From Candidatus Dormiibacterota bacterium (GTDB lineage: Bacteria > Chloroflexota > Dormibacteria > Aeolococcales > Aeolococcaceae), in the NCBI GenBank assembly GCA_036378495.1, contig DASUWI010000129.1:1172-65171 (forward strand): a stretch of 64,000 bases of DNA. The letters are read 5' to 3'. This document shows positions 17,025-31,299 of this stretch, piece by piece. Position 1 is the first letter of the stretch. The number at the start of each line of letters is the position of its first letter. The translations under genes were made by a program, and so were the position numbers. Below the pieces are notes generated by a model. That model did no database searches and was not told where the DNA came from. It saw only the letters and a program-made list of their open reading frames with translations.

Positions 17025-17720
17025 GTGGAGGAACACGTTCACATGCACGCACGACATTCCGCCTACGAGGCGGAACCATGGGCGCCCTTCCGCCGTGAGG
17101 CGGCGGAGCGGCTGCATCGCTTCGCGCACGCCGCCGGCCGGCGTCACGGCCACGGCTGGCCACCGTTCGATCCCGCCGACTTCGGCGGCTTTCGCTCCTG
17201 GGGCGGGGGCTTCGGCGGGGGTCCGCCGTGGGCGCGCGGCGGCAGGCGCGCCGGGCGCGGCGACATCCGGGCGGCGATCCTCGTGCTCCTGGCCGAGAAG
17301 CCGTCGCACGGGTACCAGATCATCCAGGAGCTGGAGGCGCGCAGCGGCGGCGCCTGGCGCGTGAGCCCCGGCTCCGTCTACCCCACGCTGCAACAGCTGG
17401 AGGACGAGGGGCTCGTGCGCATCGTGGCCGGCGAGACCGAGCGGCGCGTGTACGAGCTCACCGACGCCGGCAAGGCCGAGGCCGAGCGGCTCGGGGGCGA
17501 GCGCGCACCCTGGGATCAGGTCGCGGGCGCGGTCCCCAACGAGCTCGTGGAGCTCAAGGACCTGGTCATCGGGCTCGTCGCGGCCACCTGGCAGGTGGCG
17601 CGGGCCGGCGAGAGCGCCCAGATCGCCGCGGCCAAAGACATCCTGCGCGACGCGCGCAAGCGGCTGTACATGCTGCTCGCGGGCGAGGCGCAGTCACCCT
17701 CGGAGAAGGCGGAGAGCTGA
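17025..17720 (+). CDS. PadR-family transcriptional regulator with Gly-rich N-terminal extension
   Basis: PadR winged-helix core: ILVLLAEKPSHGYQIIQELEARSGGAWRVSPGSVYPTLQQLEDEGLV. The true start may be the ATG at ~17043. Confidence 0.75.
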   Translation: MEEHVHMHARHSAYEAEPWAPFRREAAERLHRFAHAAGRRHGHGWPPFDPADFGGFRSWGGGFGGGPPWARGGRRAGRGDIRAAILVLLAEKPSHGYQIIQELEARSGGAWRVSPGSVYPTLQQLEDEGLVRIVAGETERRVYELTDAGKAEAERLGGERAPWDQVAGAVPNELVELKDLVIGLVAATWQVARAGESAQIAAAKDILRDARKRLYMLLAGEAQSPSEKAES

Positions 17721-17759
17721 CACCCCGGGTCGCCCGAGCGCGACAGCGGGCTCACCGGC

Positions 17760-19325
17760 TCAGACCTGCCCTCGGCTGAGCATCAGGGAGCGGCCCGTCA
17801 TCGCCTCGGGCGCCCGGATCCCCATCGCATCGAGCGCGGTGGGCGCGATGTCGCGGAGGCCGCCCCCGTCGCGGAGAGCCGTCGCGGCCGTGCCGCAGAG
17901 GATCACCGGCACGGGGCTCGTCGTGTGAGCGGTGAGCGGGGACCCGTCGCGCTTGTCCCGCATTCGCTCCGCGTTGCCGTGGTCGGCGGTGATCAGCACC
18001 GCGGCGTCATGCTCAACAGCGGCGCTGGCGATGCGCGCCACACACACATCGATGAACTCCACCGCGCGCACCGCGGCGGCCAGGTCGCCGGTGTGGCCCA
18101 CCATGTCGGCGTTGGCGAAGTTGACCACGATCAGCGCGTCGTCGCCGCGGCGGATGTGCTCCACCACCGCGTCGGCGACCGGCCGGGCGCTCATCTCGGG
18201 CACGCCGTCGTAGGTGGCCACGCGCGGTGACGGCACCAGCAGCCGCTCCTCGCCGGGAAACGCCCGCTCGCGCCCGCCGTTGATGAAGTACGTCACATGC
18301 GCGTACTTCTCGGTCTCGGCCACGTGGAACTGTGCCAGGCCGCGCTCCGCGATCACCTGGGCCAGCGTGTGGCGCACGTCCTCGGTGGGAAACGCGATCT
18401 GCACGGGCAGCGCGCGCTCGTACTCGGTCATGGTCACCACGGCGAGGTCGAGGAGCACGCGAGAACGCTCGAAGCCGGAGAAGTCGCGATCGACGACGGC
18501 GTGCGTCAGCTGCCGGGCACGATCGGGGCGGAAGTTGAAAAAGACAACACTGTCGCCATCTTCGATGCGCACCCGGGCCGCGCCCGGCGCCACGATGCCG
18601 GCCGGCGGGATGAACTCGTCGCCGACGCCGGCCGCGTACTGCGACTCGATGTACGCCACCGGGTCGGCGGCATCGGCGCCGGTGCCGCTGACGATGACGT
18701 CGTACGCGCGCTCGGTCCGGTCCCAGCGGCGGTCGCGGTCCATCGCGAAGTACCGCCCGGACACGGACACCACGCGGCCGGCCCCGGCGCGCTCGAGGTC
18801 GTCGCAGAACGCCTGCATGTAGCCGGCGCCGCTCATCGGCGGCTCGTCGCGACCATCGGTGAACGCGTGCACGAACACTCGGTCGAGCCCGCGACGCCGG
18901 GCGAGCTCGGCGAGGGCGACGGCGTGGTCCATGTGGCTGTGCACGCCGCCGGGTGAGACGAGCCCGAGCAGCTGCAGTGACGCGCCGCGGTCGCGGGCCC
19001 GGTCGATGGCCGCGCACAGCACCGGGTTGTCATGGAAGGAGCCGTCGGCCACTGCACGGTTGATGCGCGAGAGCGGCTGGTACACGACGCGGCCGGCGCC
19101 GATGGTCAGGTGCCCCACCTCGGAGTTGCCCTGCTGACCGCGGGGCAGCCCGACCGCCTCGCCGCTTGCCGCCACCAGGGTGGTGGGGCACTGGCGCATG
19201 AGCCGCTCCATCTCCGGCGTGTCCGCGTCGCGGATCGCGTTCCCGAACGGATCGGCGCTGAAGCCCCAGCCATCGAGGATGACGAGCACCAGCGGCCGGA
19301 CGCCCTCATCAGGCGCGGCGGCCAT
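17760..19325 (-). CDS. gpmI: 2,3-bisphosphoglycerate-independent phosphoglycerate mutase
   Basis: N-terminus [21 protein letters not shown]…[18 protein letters not shown] is the iPGM signature. The track ORF (to 19589) is an upstream-extended frame overlapping tpiA. The chosen start lies 9 nt after the tpiA stop. Confidence 0.85.
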   Translation of the reverse strand: MAAAPDEGVRPLVLVILDGWGFSADPFGNAIRDADTPEMERLMRQCPTTLVAASGEAVGLPRGQQGNSEVGHLTIGAGRVVYQPLSRINRAVADGSFHDNPVLCAAIDRARDRGASLQLLGLVSPGGVHSHMDHAVALAELARRRGLDRVFVHAFTDGRDEPPMSGAGYMQAFCDDLERAGAGRVVSVSGRYFAMDRDRRWDRTERAYDVIVSGTGADAADPVAYIESQYAAGVGDEFIPPAGIVAPGAARVRIEDGDSVVFFNFRPDRARQLTHAVVDRDFSGFERSRVLLDLAVVTMTEYERALPVQIAFPTEDVRHTLAQVIAERGLAQFHVAETEKYAHVTYFINGGRERAFPGEERLLVPSPRVATYDGVPEMSARPVADAVVEHIRRGDDALIVVNFANADMVGHTGDLAAAVRAVEFIDVCVARIASAAVEHDAAVLITADHGNAERMRDKRDGSPLTAHTTSPVPVILCGTAATALRDGGGLRDIAPTALDAMGIRAPEAMTGRSLMLSRGQV

Positions 19326-19333
19326 GGATTGAA

Positions 19334-20110
19334 TCAGCCGACGCGCGCCCCGGGCGCAGCGGCGGCGACGATCGCCGTGAACTGATCGGCCTTGAGGCTG
19401 GCGCCGCCGACGAGCGCGCCGTCGATCGAGGCTTCGGCGAACAGCGAGGCGGCGTTCTCCGGGGTCACGCTGCCACCGTACAGGACACGCGGCGCGGCGC
19501 CGGCACGCTCCTGGAGCCACGCCTTGATGTGCGCGCACACCTCCTCCGCCTGCGCGGGGGTCGCGGTCCTGCCGGTGCCGATCGCCCACACGGGCTCGTA
19601 GGCGATCACGTACCTCGCGGGCGCCGGCGGCGACTCGAGGAAGCGCAGCGCCGCGTCGAGCTGCCGGTCGACGACGCGAAACGTGTCACCGCCGTCGCGC
19701 TGGCTCTCCGTCTCCCCCACGGCGAGAATGCCGTGCAGCCCCTCGCGCAGCAGCGCAGCGAGCTTCCGTCCCACGTCGTCGTCGGACTCTCCCAGCAGAT
19801 GACGACGCTCGGAATGGCCGACGAGCGCGTGGTCGCACCAGCCGGCGAGCATCGGCGCGGAGATCTCCCCGGTGTACGCACCCCAGTGCTCCCAGAAGAC
19901 GTCCTGGGCGCCGAGCTGCACGTGGCTGTGGCGCAGCTCCTCGTACACCGGGCGCAGGTGGGTGAACGGCGGCAGCACCGCCACCTCGACGGCGCCCTCG
20001 AGGGCCTCGGTCCCGAGACGCACGGCCTCCGCCAGGCGCACGCCATCGTCGATTGCGGTGTTCATCTTCCAGTTGCCGGCGACCAGCGGCATCGCGCGGT
20101 CAGCTGTCAA
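19334..20110 (-). CDS. tpiA: Triosephosphate isomerase
   Basis: 258 aa, with the conserved VAGNWKMN…[11 protein letters not shown] motifs. Confidence 0.9.
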   Translation of the reverse strand: MTADRAMPLVAGNWKMNTAIDDGVRLAEAVRLGTEALEGAVEVAVLPPFTHLRPVYEELRHSHVQLGAQDVFWEHWGAYTGEISAPMLAGWCDHALVGHSERRHLLGESDDDVGRKLAALLREGLHGILAVGETESQRDGGDTFRVVDRQLDAALRFLESPPAPARYVIAYEPVWAIGTGRTATPAQAEEVCAHIKAWLQERAGAAPRVLYGGSVTPENAASLFAEASIDGALVGGASLKADQFTAIVAAAAPGARVG

Positions 20111-21321
20111 CGACGCGCAGCCTCGGGATCGTTGACCGCGTCGCGCTCGCGCAGCGCAGCCACACCGGGCAGGACCCGGCCCTCGAGAAACTCGATCGTG
20201 GCCCCGCCACCGGTGCTGATGTGGTCAATCTTGTCGGCAACGCCGGCGTCCTCGACGGCCGCAGCGAGGTCGCCGCCGCCGATGACGGTGAACGCCGGTG
20301 ACGCGGCCACGGCGCCGGCGACTGCACGCGTTCCCTGTGCGAACGCCTCGATCTCGTAGATGCCGAGCGGACCGTTCCACACCACCGTACCCGCCCGCGC
20401 ACTGTCGGCGGCGATGCGCTCACAGGTGGCCGGACCCACGTCCACCACCATCAGGTCGTCGGGGATCGCGTCCGCCGCGACCACGGTGGTGGGCGCATCG
20501 GGGTCGACGGACGGCGCGACCACCACGTCGACCGGCAGCTGCAGCGTGCCCTCCTTCGCCGCCGCCGAGCTCAGCAGCGACCGCGCCGTGTCGATGTGCT
20601 CCTCCTCGACCAGCGACCTGCCCGTTTTCAGGCCCTGGGCGCGGAAGAAGGTGGACGCCATCGCACCGCCCACCCAGAGCGTGTCGACGCGATCCATCAG
20701 GTTGGAGAGCACGGCGACCTTGGTGGACACCTTGGCCCCGCCGATGATCGCCAGCAGCGGGGGTGCAGGGTGCTGGAGCACGCCTCCGAGGACGTCGAGC
20801 TCGCGCGCCATCAGCCGCCCGGCGACGGCGGGCAGCAGGTGCGCCACGCCCTCGGTGGAGGCGTGCGCGCGATGCGCGGTGCCGAACGCGTCGTTGACGT
20901 ACACGTCGGCGAGCGACGCAAGCGCCTCGGCGACCGCGGGATCATTGGCCTCCTCGCCCGGCTCGAAGCGCACGTTCTCGAGCATGCCGACGTCACCGCC
21001 GCGCAGGGCCTCGACCATGGCCTGCGCGCTGTCACCGGCGACGTCGGCGGCCACCGGCACCGGAACCCCGAGCAGCTCCCCGAGGTGTGCGGCGAGCGGC
21101 GCGGTGCTCAACGCCGCGTCGGGCTTGCCCTTGGGACGGCCCAGATGTGTGACCACGACGACGCGCGCACCGTGCTCCCGCAGCGAGTTGATCGTGGGCA
21201 CGGCGGCACGGATGCGCCGGTCGTCGACGATCCGCCCGTCGCGCATCGGCACGTTGAAGTCGACGCGCAGCAGCACGCGGCGTCCGCTGACGTCGATGTC
21301 GTCGACCGTCGCCTTCGGCAT
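20107..21321 (-). CDS. pgk: Phosphoglycerate kinase
   Basis: 404 aa, with PGK N- and C-domain motifs (VDFNVP…, GGGASLE-like …IGGGD). Confidence 0.9.
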   Translation of the reverse strand: MPKATVDDIDVSGRRVLLRVDFNVPMRDGRIVDDRRIRAAVPTINSLREHGARVVVVTHLGRPKGKPDAALSTAPLAAHLGELLGVPVPVAADVAGDSAQAMVEALRGGDVGMLENVRFEPGEEANDPAVAEALASLADVYVNDAFGTAHRAHASTEGVAHLLPAVAGRLMARELDVLGGVLQHPAPPLLAIIGGAKVSTKVAVLSNLMDRVDTLWVGGAMASTFFRAQGLKTGRSLVEEEHIDTARSLLSSAAAKEGTLQLPVDVVVAPSVDPDAPTTVVAADAIPDDLMVVDVGPATCERIAADSARAGTVVWNGPLGIYEIEAFAQGTRAVAGAVAASPAFTVIGGGDLAAAVEDAGVADKIDHISTGGGATIEFLEGRVLPGVAALRERDAVNDPEAARR

Positions 21322-21328
21322 GCCCGCG

Positions 21329-22402
<1,074 letters not shown>

Positions 22403-22437
22403 TTATTCACGATTCCGCCGGGCGCGGCGGCTCAATC

Positions 22438-23277
22438 TCAGGCGGTGTCGCGGGGGTCGGGACGCTCCACGTCGCGGTGCCGCAGGGTCACCGCGAGGCC
22501 GGTCGCACCCAGGCGGGAGGCGATCTCCCCGGCGAGCACCACCGAGCGATGGCGGCCTCCGGTGCAGCCGACGGCGAGGTGGAGAAAGCGCCGCTCCCGC
22601 TCCCGGGACCGGCCGGCCGCCCAATCGACGAGGCCGACCACGCTGTTCACCAGGTCCTGGGCGGCGGGGTCGGCGAGCACGTAGTCGCGCACCTCGGGAT
22701 CGAGCCCCGTCAGCGGGCGCAGCTCGTCGACCCAGAACGGGTTGCGCACCAGCCGCGCGTCGATCACCCAGTCCGCCTCCGTCTCGGGGCCGAACTTGTG
22801 GCCGAACGAGGTCACGGTGCAGCGGACACCCGCCGTTCGCGCTGTGTCGTCCACCACGATGTCGCGCACGCGGCGGTGCAGCTCGGCCGGCTCGAGGTCG
22901 GAGGTGTCGAGCACCACGTCGGCGGCGGCTCGCAGCGGCCGCAGCAGCTCTCGTTCTGCCAGCACGGCCGCTCCCGCACTCCCAGCGGCGGCGCAGGGAT
23001 GAGGGCGCGTGCTCTCCGCCATCCGCCGCACCAGCACGTCGTCACGCGCGTCGACGAAGAGCACGCGCACCCCGGGCAGCGACGTGATCCGCCGCAGCCG
23101 CTCACCCTGGCGGGCGTCGATGACCGCCGCGGCTGTGCCGTCGCGGGGCATCCGGGCGAACTCGTCGAGCAGCGCCGCGGGGAGGTTGTCGACACACTCG
23201 ACGCCGCCGCGCTCCAGCCCGGCCAGCGCTGTGGCCTTGCCGGCACCCGACGGACCGGTCAGCACCCAGACGGTCAC
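22438..23277 (-). CDS. rapZ: RNase adapter protein RapZ (YvcJ-family P-loop NTPase)
   Basis: 279 aa. N-terminal P-loop GPSGAGKAT. Conserved position between uvrC and gap, as in Actinobacteria and Firmicutes. Confidence 0.8.
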   Translation of the reverse strand: MTVWVLTGPSGAGKATALAGLERGGVECVDNLPAALLDEFARMPRDGTAAAVIDARQGERLRRITSLPGVRVLFVDARDDVLVRRMAESTRPHPCAAAGSAGAAVLAERELLRPLRAAADVVLDTSDLEPAELHRRVRDIVVDDTARTAGVRCTVTSFGHKFGPETEADWVIDARLVRNPFWVDELRPLTGLDPEVRDYVLADPAAQDLVNSVVGLVDWAAGRSRERERRFLHLAVGCTGGRHRSVVLAGEIASRLGATGLAVTLRHRDVERPDPRDTA

Positions 23278-25298
23278 ACGAGCTCCTTGATGCGCAGCGC
23301 CACCGGTCGCGGCACCACGCGTATCAGCTCCTCGACCGGTGCGTCGCGGATGGCGTCGATGCTGCCGAACTCGCGCAGCAGCGCGCGCCGCCGCGCCGGG
23401 CCCAGCCCGGGCACGACGTCCAGGCGCGAGCGCAGCGCCGAGCGGCCGCGGCGGGCGCGATGCCGCGTGATGGCGAAGCGGTGCGCCTCGTCGCGCACGC
23501 GCTGCACGAGGAACAGCGTCGGGCTGTCGCGATCCAGCACGATCGGGTGCGGCTCGGCGGGGCGGAAGAGCTCCTCGTTGCGCTTGGCCAGGCCGAACAC
23601 GGGGATCGACTGCAGCCCGAAGTGCTCGAGCACATGAACCGCCGCGTTGAGCTGCCCCTTGCCACCGTCGATGAGCACGAGGTCGGGGACCACGCCGAAG
23701 CTGAGGTCGGCGTCCTCGCGCTCCTCCCGCCGGTGGCGGAGGGACTCACGCTGGTCGCCGTTGGCCCCGGCGGGATCGATGATGGGAAAGTCCTCGGCCA
23801 CACCGGTCGCACGCTGCAGCCGGCCGAACCGGCGGCGCAGCGTCTCCTCGATGGAGGCGAAGTCGTTGGCGCCCTCCACCGTCTTGATGCCGAAGTGGCG
23901 GTACTTGGCCGGCACAGGACGGCCGTCCTCGAACACCACCATCGAGCCGACGGAGTTGGTGCCCATGGTGTTGCTGATGTCGTAGCACTCGATACGCTGC
24001 GGCGGTGCCGGCAGCCCCAGGCGCGAGGCGAGATCCTCGAGCAGCGCCTCGGTCTTGGCCTCGTCGTAGTCGTCGACGATGCGCTGCTGGCGCAGGGCCA
24101 CCAGCGCCGTCTCCGAGGCGCGCTCCACGAGGCGGCGGGCGTCACCGCGCTGGGGGACGTGGAGCTCGACGGTGGTCCCGCGCTGATCACCGAGCACGTC
24201 GGCGAGCAGCTCCGCGTCCTCCACGGGATGGGAGAGCAGCAGCCGCCGCGGCACCGCGGTGACGTTGGCGTAGTACTGGGGCACGAAGCCGCTCAGGCAC
24301 GCCGAGGCGTCGAGGTCGGCGACGCCCTCGAGCTCGTGCGTGTCCATCGCCATCACCCGGCCCTCGCGCACCGACAGCACCGCCACCATCGCCCGGCCGG
24401 CCTCGAGCGCGACCGCGACGCAGTCCTCCTCCCAGCGGCCGCCGCGCAGCACCGTCTGGCGTTCGCTGATGCGCTCGATGGCGCGCAGCCGGTCGCGAAA
24501 GCGCGCCGCGAGCTCGTAGTCACGCGCCTCCGCGGCGCGATCCATCTGCTCGGTGAGCTCCGCCTGCAGCGAGTCCGACCGTCCCTCCATGAACTGCTGC
24601 ACCTGGTCCAGGAGCAGCGCGTACTGCTCGGGCGCGATGCGACCCTCGCATGGTCCCGCGCAGCGCTTGATGTGATAGTCGAGGCAGACGCGGCCGCGGC
24701 GGAAGATCTCGTCACTGCACGTGCGGAAGGGGAAGATCGTGCGCAGCGAGCGCACGGTGGTGCGCAGCGATTGGGCGCTCGTGTAGGGGCCGAAGTACCG
24801 GGCGCCGTCGCGGATCACCTTGCGCGTGTAGTAGGGCCGGGGGAACTCGGTGGCCCGGCGCGCGCTCTCGCCCCGGGGTGTGCGGATCTCCTCGCGCGCC
24901 GTGCCGGGGGCCACCGCGTCGTGCACGCCGGGGCGCGGGATCTTCAGGTACAGGTAGTTTTTGTCATCCTTGAGTCGAACATTGAAGCGCGGGCGGTACT
25001 GCTTGATCAGCGAGTTCTCGAGGATCAGCGCCTCGCGCTCGTTGGCGGCGGCGACGACGTCGAAATCGAAGACGCGTTCCACCAGCTCCCGCGTGCGCGG
25101 CTGCAGCGTGGTGAGCCCGGTGAAGTACGAGCGCAGCCTGGCGCGCAGGTTGGCCGCCTTGCCCACGTACATGACGCGCGTGTCCATGCCCCGCATCAGG
25201 TAGACGCCCGGCGCGTCCGGAGCGGCGCGGAGGCGGGCGCGCAGCAGCTCGGGGTCGTCGATCAGCCGTTCAGCGCGCCGGCCGGTGGTGGTCGCCAT
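23274..25298 (-). CDS. uvrC: Excinuclease ABC subunit C
   Basis: 674 aa. N-terminal GIY-YIG (PGVYLMRG…YVGKAANLRARLRSYF), UvrBC-interaction and RNaseH-like endonuclease domains, and C-terminal HhH. Confidence 0.9.
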   Translation of the reverse strand: MATTTGRRAERLIDDPELLRARLRAAPDAPGVYLMRGMDTRVMYVGKAANLRARLRSYFTGLTTLQPRTRELVERVFDFDVVAAANEREALILENSLIKQYRPRFNVRLKDDKNYLYLKIPRPGVHDAVAPGTAREEIRTPRGESARRATEFPRPYYTRKVIRDGARYFGPYTSAQSLRTTVRSLRTIFPFRTCSDEIFRRGRVCLDYHIKRCAGPCEGRIAPEQYALLLDQVQQFMEGRSDSLQAELTEQMDRAAEARDYELAARFRDRLRAIERISERQTVLRGGRWEEDCVAVALEAGRAMVAVLSVREGRVMAMDTHELEGVADLDASACLSGFVPQYYANVTAVPRRLLLSHPVEDAELLADVLGDQRGTTVELHVPQRGDARRLVERASETALVALRQQRIVDDYDEAKTEALLEDLASRLGLPAPPQRIECYDISNTMGTNSVGSMVVFEDGRPVPAKYRHFGIKTVEGANDFASIEETLRRRFGRLQRATGVAEDFPIIDPAGANGDQRESLRHRREEREDADLSFGVVPDLVLIDGGKGQLNAAVHVLEHFGLQSIPVFGLAKRNEELFRPAEPHPIVLDRDSPTLFLVQRVRDEAHRFAITRHRARRGRSALRSRLDVVPGLGPARRRALLREFGSIDAIRDAPVEELIRVVPRPVALRIKELV

Positions 25299-25336
25299 GC
25301 ACCCACTGTACCCAGCGCCACGAACGCGTCAGCGAA

Positions 25337-26095
25337 TCAACCGCCGCTGAGCGCCGAGAGGTCGATGGGGTGGGGCGGCGGGGTCACTGTGATCGAGGAG
25401 CCCCAGCTGTCGAAGGTGATCGTGCCCCCGCTGCCGGTCACCGGCGTGCTGCCGGACGAGCTGCTCGACGACCCGTTCATGCAGTCGTCGAAGCTGGGCG
25501 TCGAACCCGTCGACCTCACCTGCAGCAGGTAGGTGGGGCCGCTCGACGCGAAGTCCATGGTGAGCGCGGAGGCCTGCAGCACCACGACCGGCTTTCCGTT
25601 GATCGTGGCCGTGGACTTGGTGAGGTTCACGCCGCCGAACCCGCTGACGAGGCAGCCGCCGAGCTTCTTGGTGTTTGCCAGGCCTGAGAAGCTCTGCGTG
25701 AGATCGGAGGAGCCGCTGGCCGGTACCTTCACCCAGTTGTCGTCGATCAGGGTCGCAGCCTGCGATCCCGCCACCTGCTCGAGGAAATCCTTGCCCTTGA
25801 GGTACGCGTCACCGTTGACAACGACGACCTGGGCGGTCACACCCGCCATGGTCACCGAGCCCGACGCCGCCGTGGGTCCGCCGATGTGCAGGTCGAAGCC
25901 GATCTTCGAGCCACCGGACTGGCCCGAGCCCGCCAGGTGGTACGTGCTGACCGCCTTGATGGCTGTCGATGCGTCCTGCAGGATCTGGCTCGGACTCTTG
26001 TCCGCTTCACTCGACCCGCAGGACGCGAGCGTCAGCGGCACAAGCGCAGCAAACGCTCCTGCCACCAATGGGATCGAGCGCTCCCTGCCCAACAC
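25337..26095 (-). CDS. Secreted lipoprotein, possibly LppX/LprAFG-family
   Basis: 252 aa. Signal peptide with lipobox (LTLASCGSS). Ser/Thr/Gly-rich mature part; ~230 aa size and pattern are reminiscent of actinobacterial LppX_LprAFG proteins. The family call is unverified. Confidence 0.45.
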   Translation of the reverse strand: MLGRERSIPLVAGAFAALVPLTLASCGSSEADKSPSQILQDASTAIKAVSTYHLAGSGQSGGSKIGFDLHIGGPTAASGSVTMAGVTAQVVVVNGDAYLKGKDFLEQVAGSQAATLIDDNWVKVPASGSSDLTQSFSGLANTKKLGGCLVSGFGGVNLTKSTATINGKPVVVLQASALTMDFASSGPTYLLQVRSTGSTPSFDDCMNGSSSSSSGSTPVTGSGGTITFDSWGSSITVTPPPHPIDLSALSGG

Positions 26096-26149
26096 AGCGC
26101 GGGATTCTACCGCCGGCGCGCTGTCGAGCTGTCGGCCGGGTCAAGCTCG

Positions 26150-28177
<2,028 letters not shown>

Positions 28178-30328
28178 CTACGGCTCCACCGGCCAGAGCA
28201 CCGCGTCGCCGACGGCGAAGATCTTCACGCCCTGCTCGTCGAACTTGATCACCAGCTCCTCGCCGGAGCGGGTCATCGTGCTCTTCAGCACCGTGCCCTC
28301 GCCGTATCGCTCGTGACGGAGGCGCATGCCTGCACGATATCGCTGCGGCGCTACCGTCACGGGGTTCGGCTGCACGGCGCGCGCGTGCACCGCCTGCCGC
28401 ACCGACCCGGGACGGCGGACGTCCTGCACCAGGCGGCCGCCCGGTCGCGACGCCAGCTCGAGCAGGTTCGCAGGGATCTCGCGGAGAAACCGCGAGGCCT
28501 CCGCCAGCTGTGGTGTGCCGTAGAGATGGCGACGGAACGCGTGCAGCAGATACAGGTGCCGGCGTGCGCGTGTCATCCCCACGTACGTGAGACGGCGCTC
28601 CTCGGCGATGCCGGTGTCGCCGTCCTCGAGCGAGCGCACGTGCGGCAGCAGGCCCTCCTCCATCCCGGCGACGAAGACAACGTCGAACTCCAGTCCCTTC
28701 ACCTGGTGCAGGGTGATCAGCAGCACGCCCTGATCCTTGTCGTCGACGCTGTCGACGTCACTGACGAGCGCGACGTTCTCCAGGAACTGCTGCAGCCCGT
28801 CCGGTGCCGGCACGTCCTCGTACTCGGCCGCGAGCCCGGCCAGCTCGACCACGTTGCCCCAGCGCTCCTCGCCCTCTGGCGTGCCGTCGCGCAGCATGTC
28901 GCGGTAGCCGGTCGCGGTCAGGACGGTGTCGAGCAGCACCGGGAGCGGCACCTGCAGCGCCTCCTGACGGAGACGCTCCATCAGCCCGGCGAACGCGGTG
29001 ATCGCCTGCATCGCCGCCGCACCGAGGCCCTCGGCCTCGTCAAGGCGGCGTGCCGCCTCCAAGGGCGACAGACGTTTGCGCCGCGCCAGACGCTCGAGCT
29101 CGGCGACGCTGCGGTCGCCGATCTTGCGTCGCGGCACGTTGACGACGCGCGCGAACGAGACGGCGTCGCGGGGATTGGCGCAGAGGCGCAGGTAGGCGAG
29201 CACGTCCTTCACCTCCCTGCGCTCGTAGAAGCGGATGCCGCCCACGAGGCGGTACGGGATGCCGCGGCGCAGCAGCACCTCCTCGAACGCACGCGACTGT
29301 GCGTTGGTGCGATAGAGCACGGCGCACTCGCTCAGCGACACGCCCTCGCGGCCGACGAGTCGTTCGATCTCCGCCGTGACCCATAGCGCCTCCTCGCGCT
29401 CGTCGTACACCGAGACGAGGCGCACCGGCTCGCCACCGCGATGCTCGGTCCACAGCCGTTTGTCCGCGCGCTGCTCGTTGCGTTCGATCACCGCGTGGGC
29501 GACGTCGAGGATGGGCTGCGTGGAGCGGTAGTTCTGTTCCAGCGTGACGGTGCGCGCGTCGGGGTAGTCGCGCTCGAAGGCGAGGATGTTGCGTACGACC
29601 GCTCCGCGGAACCCGTAGACCGACTGATCATCATCGCCGACCACCGTGATGTTGCGGTGCCGCGCCGCCAGCACCTTCACCAGCTCGTACTGCGCGTGGT
29701 TGGTGTCCTGGTACTCGTCGATGAAGAGGTGCCGGAAGCGCGTCTGATAGTGCTCGCGCACCCCGTCGGCTTCACGCAGCAGCACCACCGTGCGGAACAG
29801 CAGATCGTCGAAGTCCAGCGCCGACGCCGCGTCCAGCTCCTGCTCGTACGCGAAGTAGCAGCGGCCGATCGCCTGCTCGAACTCACCGCGGGCCCGCGCC
29901 GCGTAGTCGCGCGCGTCGATGAGCTCGTTCTTCGCGGAGCTGATGACGCTGCCGACGCGCGACGGGACGTACCGCTTGTCGTCCAGGCCCTCGGCGCGCA
30001 GCGCGTTGCGCAGCGCCGCAAGGCGGTCGGCCTCGTCGTAGATGGTGTAGTCCCGCGGGATGTTGATGGCGTCGCCGTCGCGGCGCAGGATGCGCGCCCC
30101 GAGCGCGTGGAACGTCCCCAGCCACATGCCCTTGATGCTCGCCCCCACCAGCTGCTCCACCCGCGCGCGCATCTCACGCGCCGCCTTGTTGGTGAAGGTG
30201 ACTGCGCAGATCTCCTCGGGGTGCACGCCACGCGTCGCCATCACGTACGCGATGCGATGCGTCAGCACGCGCGTCTTGCCGCTGCCGGCGCCGGCGAAGA
30301 TCAGCAGCGGGCCGTCGGGCGCCTCCAC
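28178..30328 (-). CDS. pcrA: ATP-dependent DNA helicase PcrA/UvrD family
   Basis: 716 aa. Walker A GAGSGKT at the N-terminus, with the conserved SF1 helicase motifs (DEYQDTN, etc.). Confidence 0.85.
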   Translation of the reverse strand: MEAPDGPLLIFAGAGSGKTRVLTHRIAYVMATRGVHPEEICAVTFTNKAAREMRARVEQLVGASIKGMWLGTFHALGARILRRDGDAINIPRDYTIYDEADRLAALRNALRAEGLDDKRYVPSRVGSVISSAKNELIDARDYAARARGEFEQAIGRCYFAYEQELDAASALDFDDLLFRTVVLLREADGVREHYQTRFRHLFIDEYQDTNHAQYELVKVLAARHRNITVVGDDDQSVYGFRGAVVRNILAFERDYPDARTVTLEQNYRSTQPILDVAHAVIERNEQRADKRLWTEHRGGEPVRLVSVYDEREEALWVTAEIERLVGREGVSLSECAVLYRTNAQSRAFEEVLLRRGIPYRLVGGIRFYERREVKDVLAYLRLCANPRDAVSFARVVNVPRRKIGDRSVAELERLARRKRLSPLEAARRLDEAEGLGAAAMQAITAFAGLMERLRQEALQVPLPVLLDTVLTATGYRDMLRDGTPEGEERWGNVVELAGLAAEYEDVPAPDGLQQFLENVALVSDVDSVDDKDQGVLLITLHQVKGLEFDVVFVAGMEEGLLPHVRSLEDGDTGIAEERRLTYVGMTRARRHLYLLHAFRRHLYGTPQLAEASRFLREIPANLLELASRPGGRLVQDVRRPGSVRQAVHARAVQPNPVTVAPQRYRAGMRLRHERYGEGTVLKSTMTRSGEELVIKFDEQGVKIFAVGDAVLWPVEP

Positions 30329-30404
30329 CGCATCGCGCTGCAGCGCGTTGAGGTCCTGCAGCAGCGCGGCGACGCTGGGTGCGGGCGTCAGAGGTTCGGC
30401 TGCC

Positions 30405-31271
30405 TCATGCGGGAACCGAGGCAGCGCTGCTGCTCACCCGCACGCGGTACGCGCTCGGACGGCGGTCGTCGAGCAGATGGTTGCGCGGCGTGCTGCGACG
30501 CGCGCGCTCGATGCTGCCGAGGTCGATGTTGGCGTCGAGCTGCTCGTCAGCCGACCGGCTCGCCGGACCGGCCAGCGGCCAGCCATCGGGCCCCACGATG
30601 ATCGACGCCCCGATGAACTGCACGTCGCGCTCCACGCCGACGCGGTCGGCGCACGCGATGGCGACGCCGTTCTGCCCCGCGGTGGCCATCGCCAGGTAGT
30701 CGCCCTGGCAGTAGCCGCGCTCGTCCCACACCGTGTGCTTGAACGCCGCCACCCAGTTGGTGGGCACCGCGATCAGCTCTGCGCCCGCGAGGGTGAGGGC
30801 GCGCGCCGCCTCCGGGAAGCGCAGGTCGTAGCAGATGAGCACGCCGATGCGGCCCGCGGGTGTCTCCGCGATGACCAGGTCGTCGCCGGGAGCGAACCAT
30901 GACTGCTCGTCGTTGAAGAGATGCAGCTTGCGATACACGGCAACAGGCCCGGCCGCGCCGACCACCACCGCGCTGTTGTGCCGCCGCGACCCGGACTCCT
31001 CGTTGAACCCAGCGACGACCACGCACCCGAAGGCCGCGCACACCTCCTGCAACGCGGCGGCGAACGCACCGTCGACCGGCTCCGCGGTGGCGGCCGCCTC
31101 CTCCTGGCTGCTGAAGACGTAGCCGCTCGAGGCCAGCTCGGGGAGGACGATGAGCGACGCACCACGCTCCGCCGCGGCCGTCGCCTGCCGCACGGCTTCA
31201 GCGCGGTTCCACTCGACCTCGCCGAGGCGCGGCGCGTACTGCGCGGCGGCGAGACTCACAACTCGCGACAC
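30405..31271 (-). CDS. Carbon-nitrogen hydrolase (nitrilase/amidase superfamily)
   Basis: Glu-Lys-Cys triad context (VLPELA…, …GVLICYDLRFPE). The start was moved to a GTG 29 nt after the alr stop. The track ORF (to 31475) overlaps alr. Confidence 0.7.
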   Translation of the reverse strand: MSRVVSLAAAQYAPRLGEVEWNRAEAVRQATAAAERGASLIVLPELASSGYVFSSQEEAAATAEPVDGAFAAALQEVCAAFGCVVVAGFNEESGSRRHNSAVVVGAAGPVAVYRKLHLFNDEQSWFAPGDDLVIAETPAGRIGVLICYDLRFPEAARALTLAGAELIAVPTNWVAAFKHTVWDERGYCQGDYLAMATAGQNGVAIACADRVGVERDVQFIGASIIVGPDGWPLAGPASRSADEQLDANIDLGSIERARRSTPRNHLLDDRRPSAYRVRVSSSAASVPA

Positions 31272-31299
31272 AACATCACGGTACCGCAACAGGCAGCGG

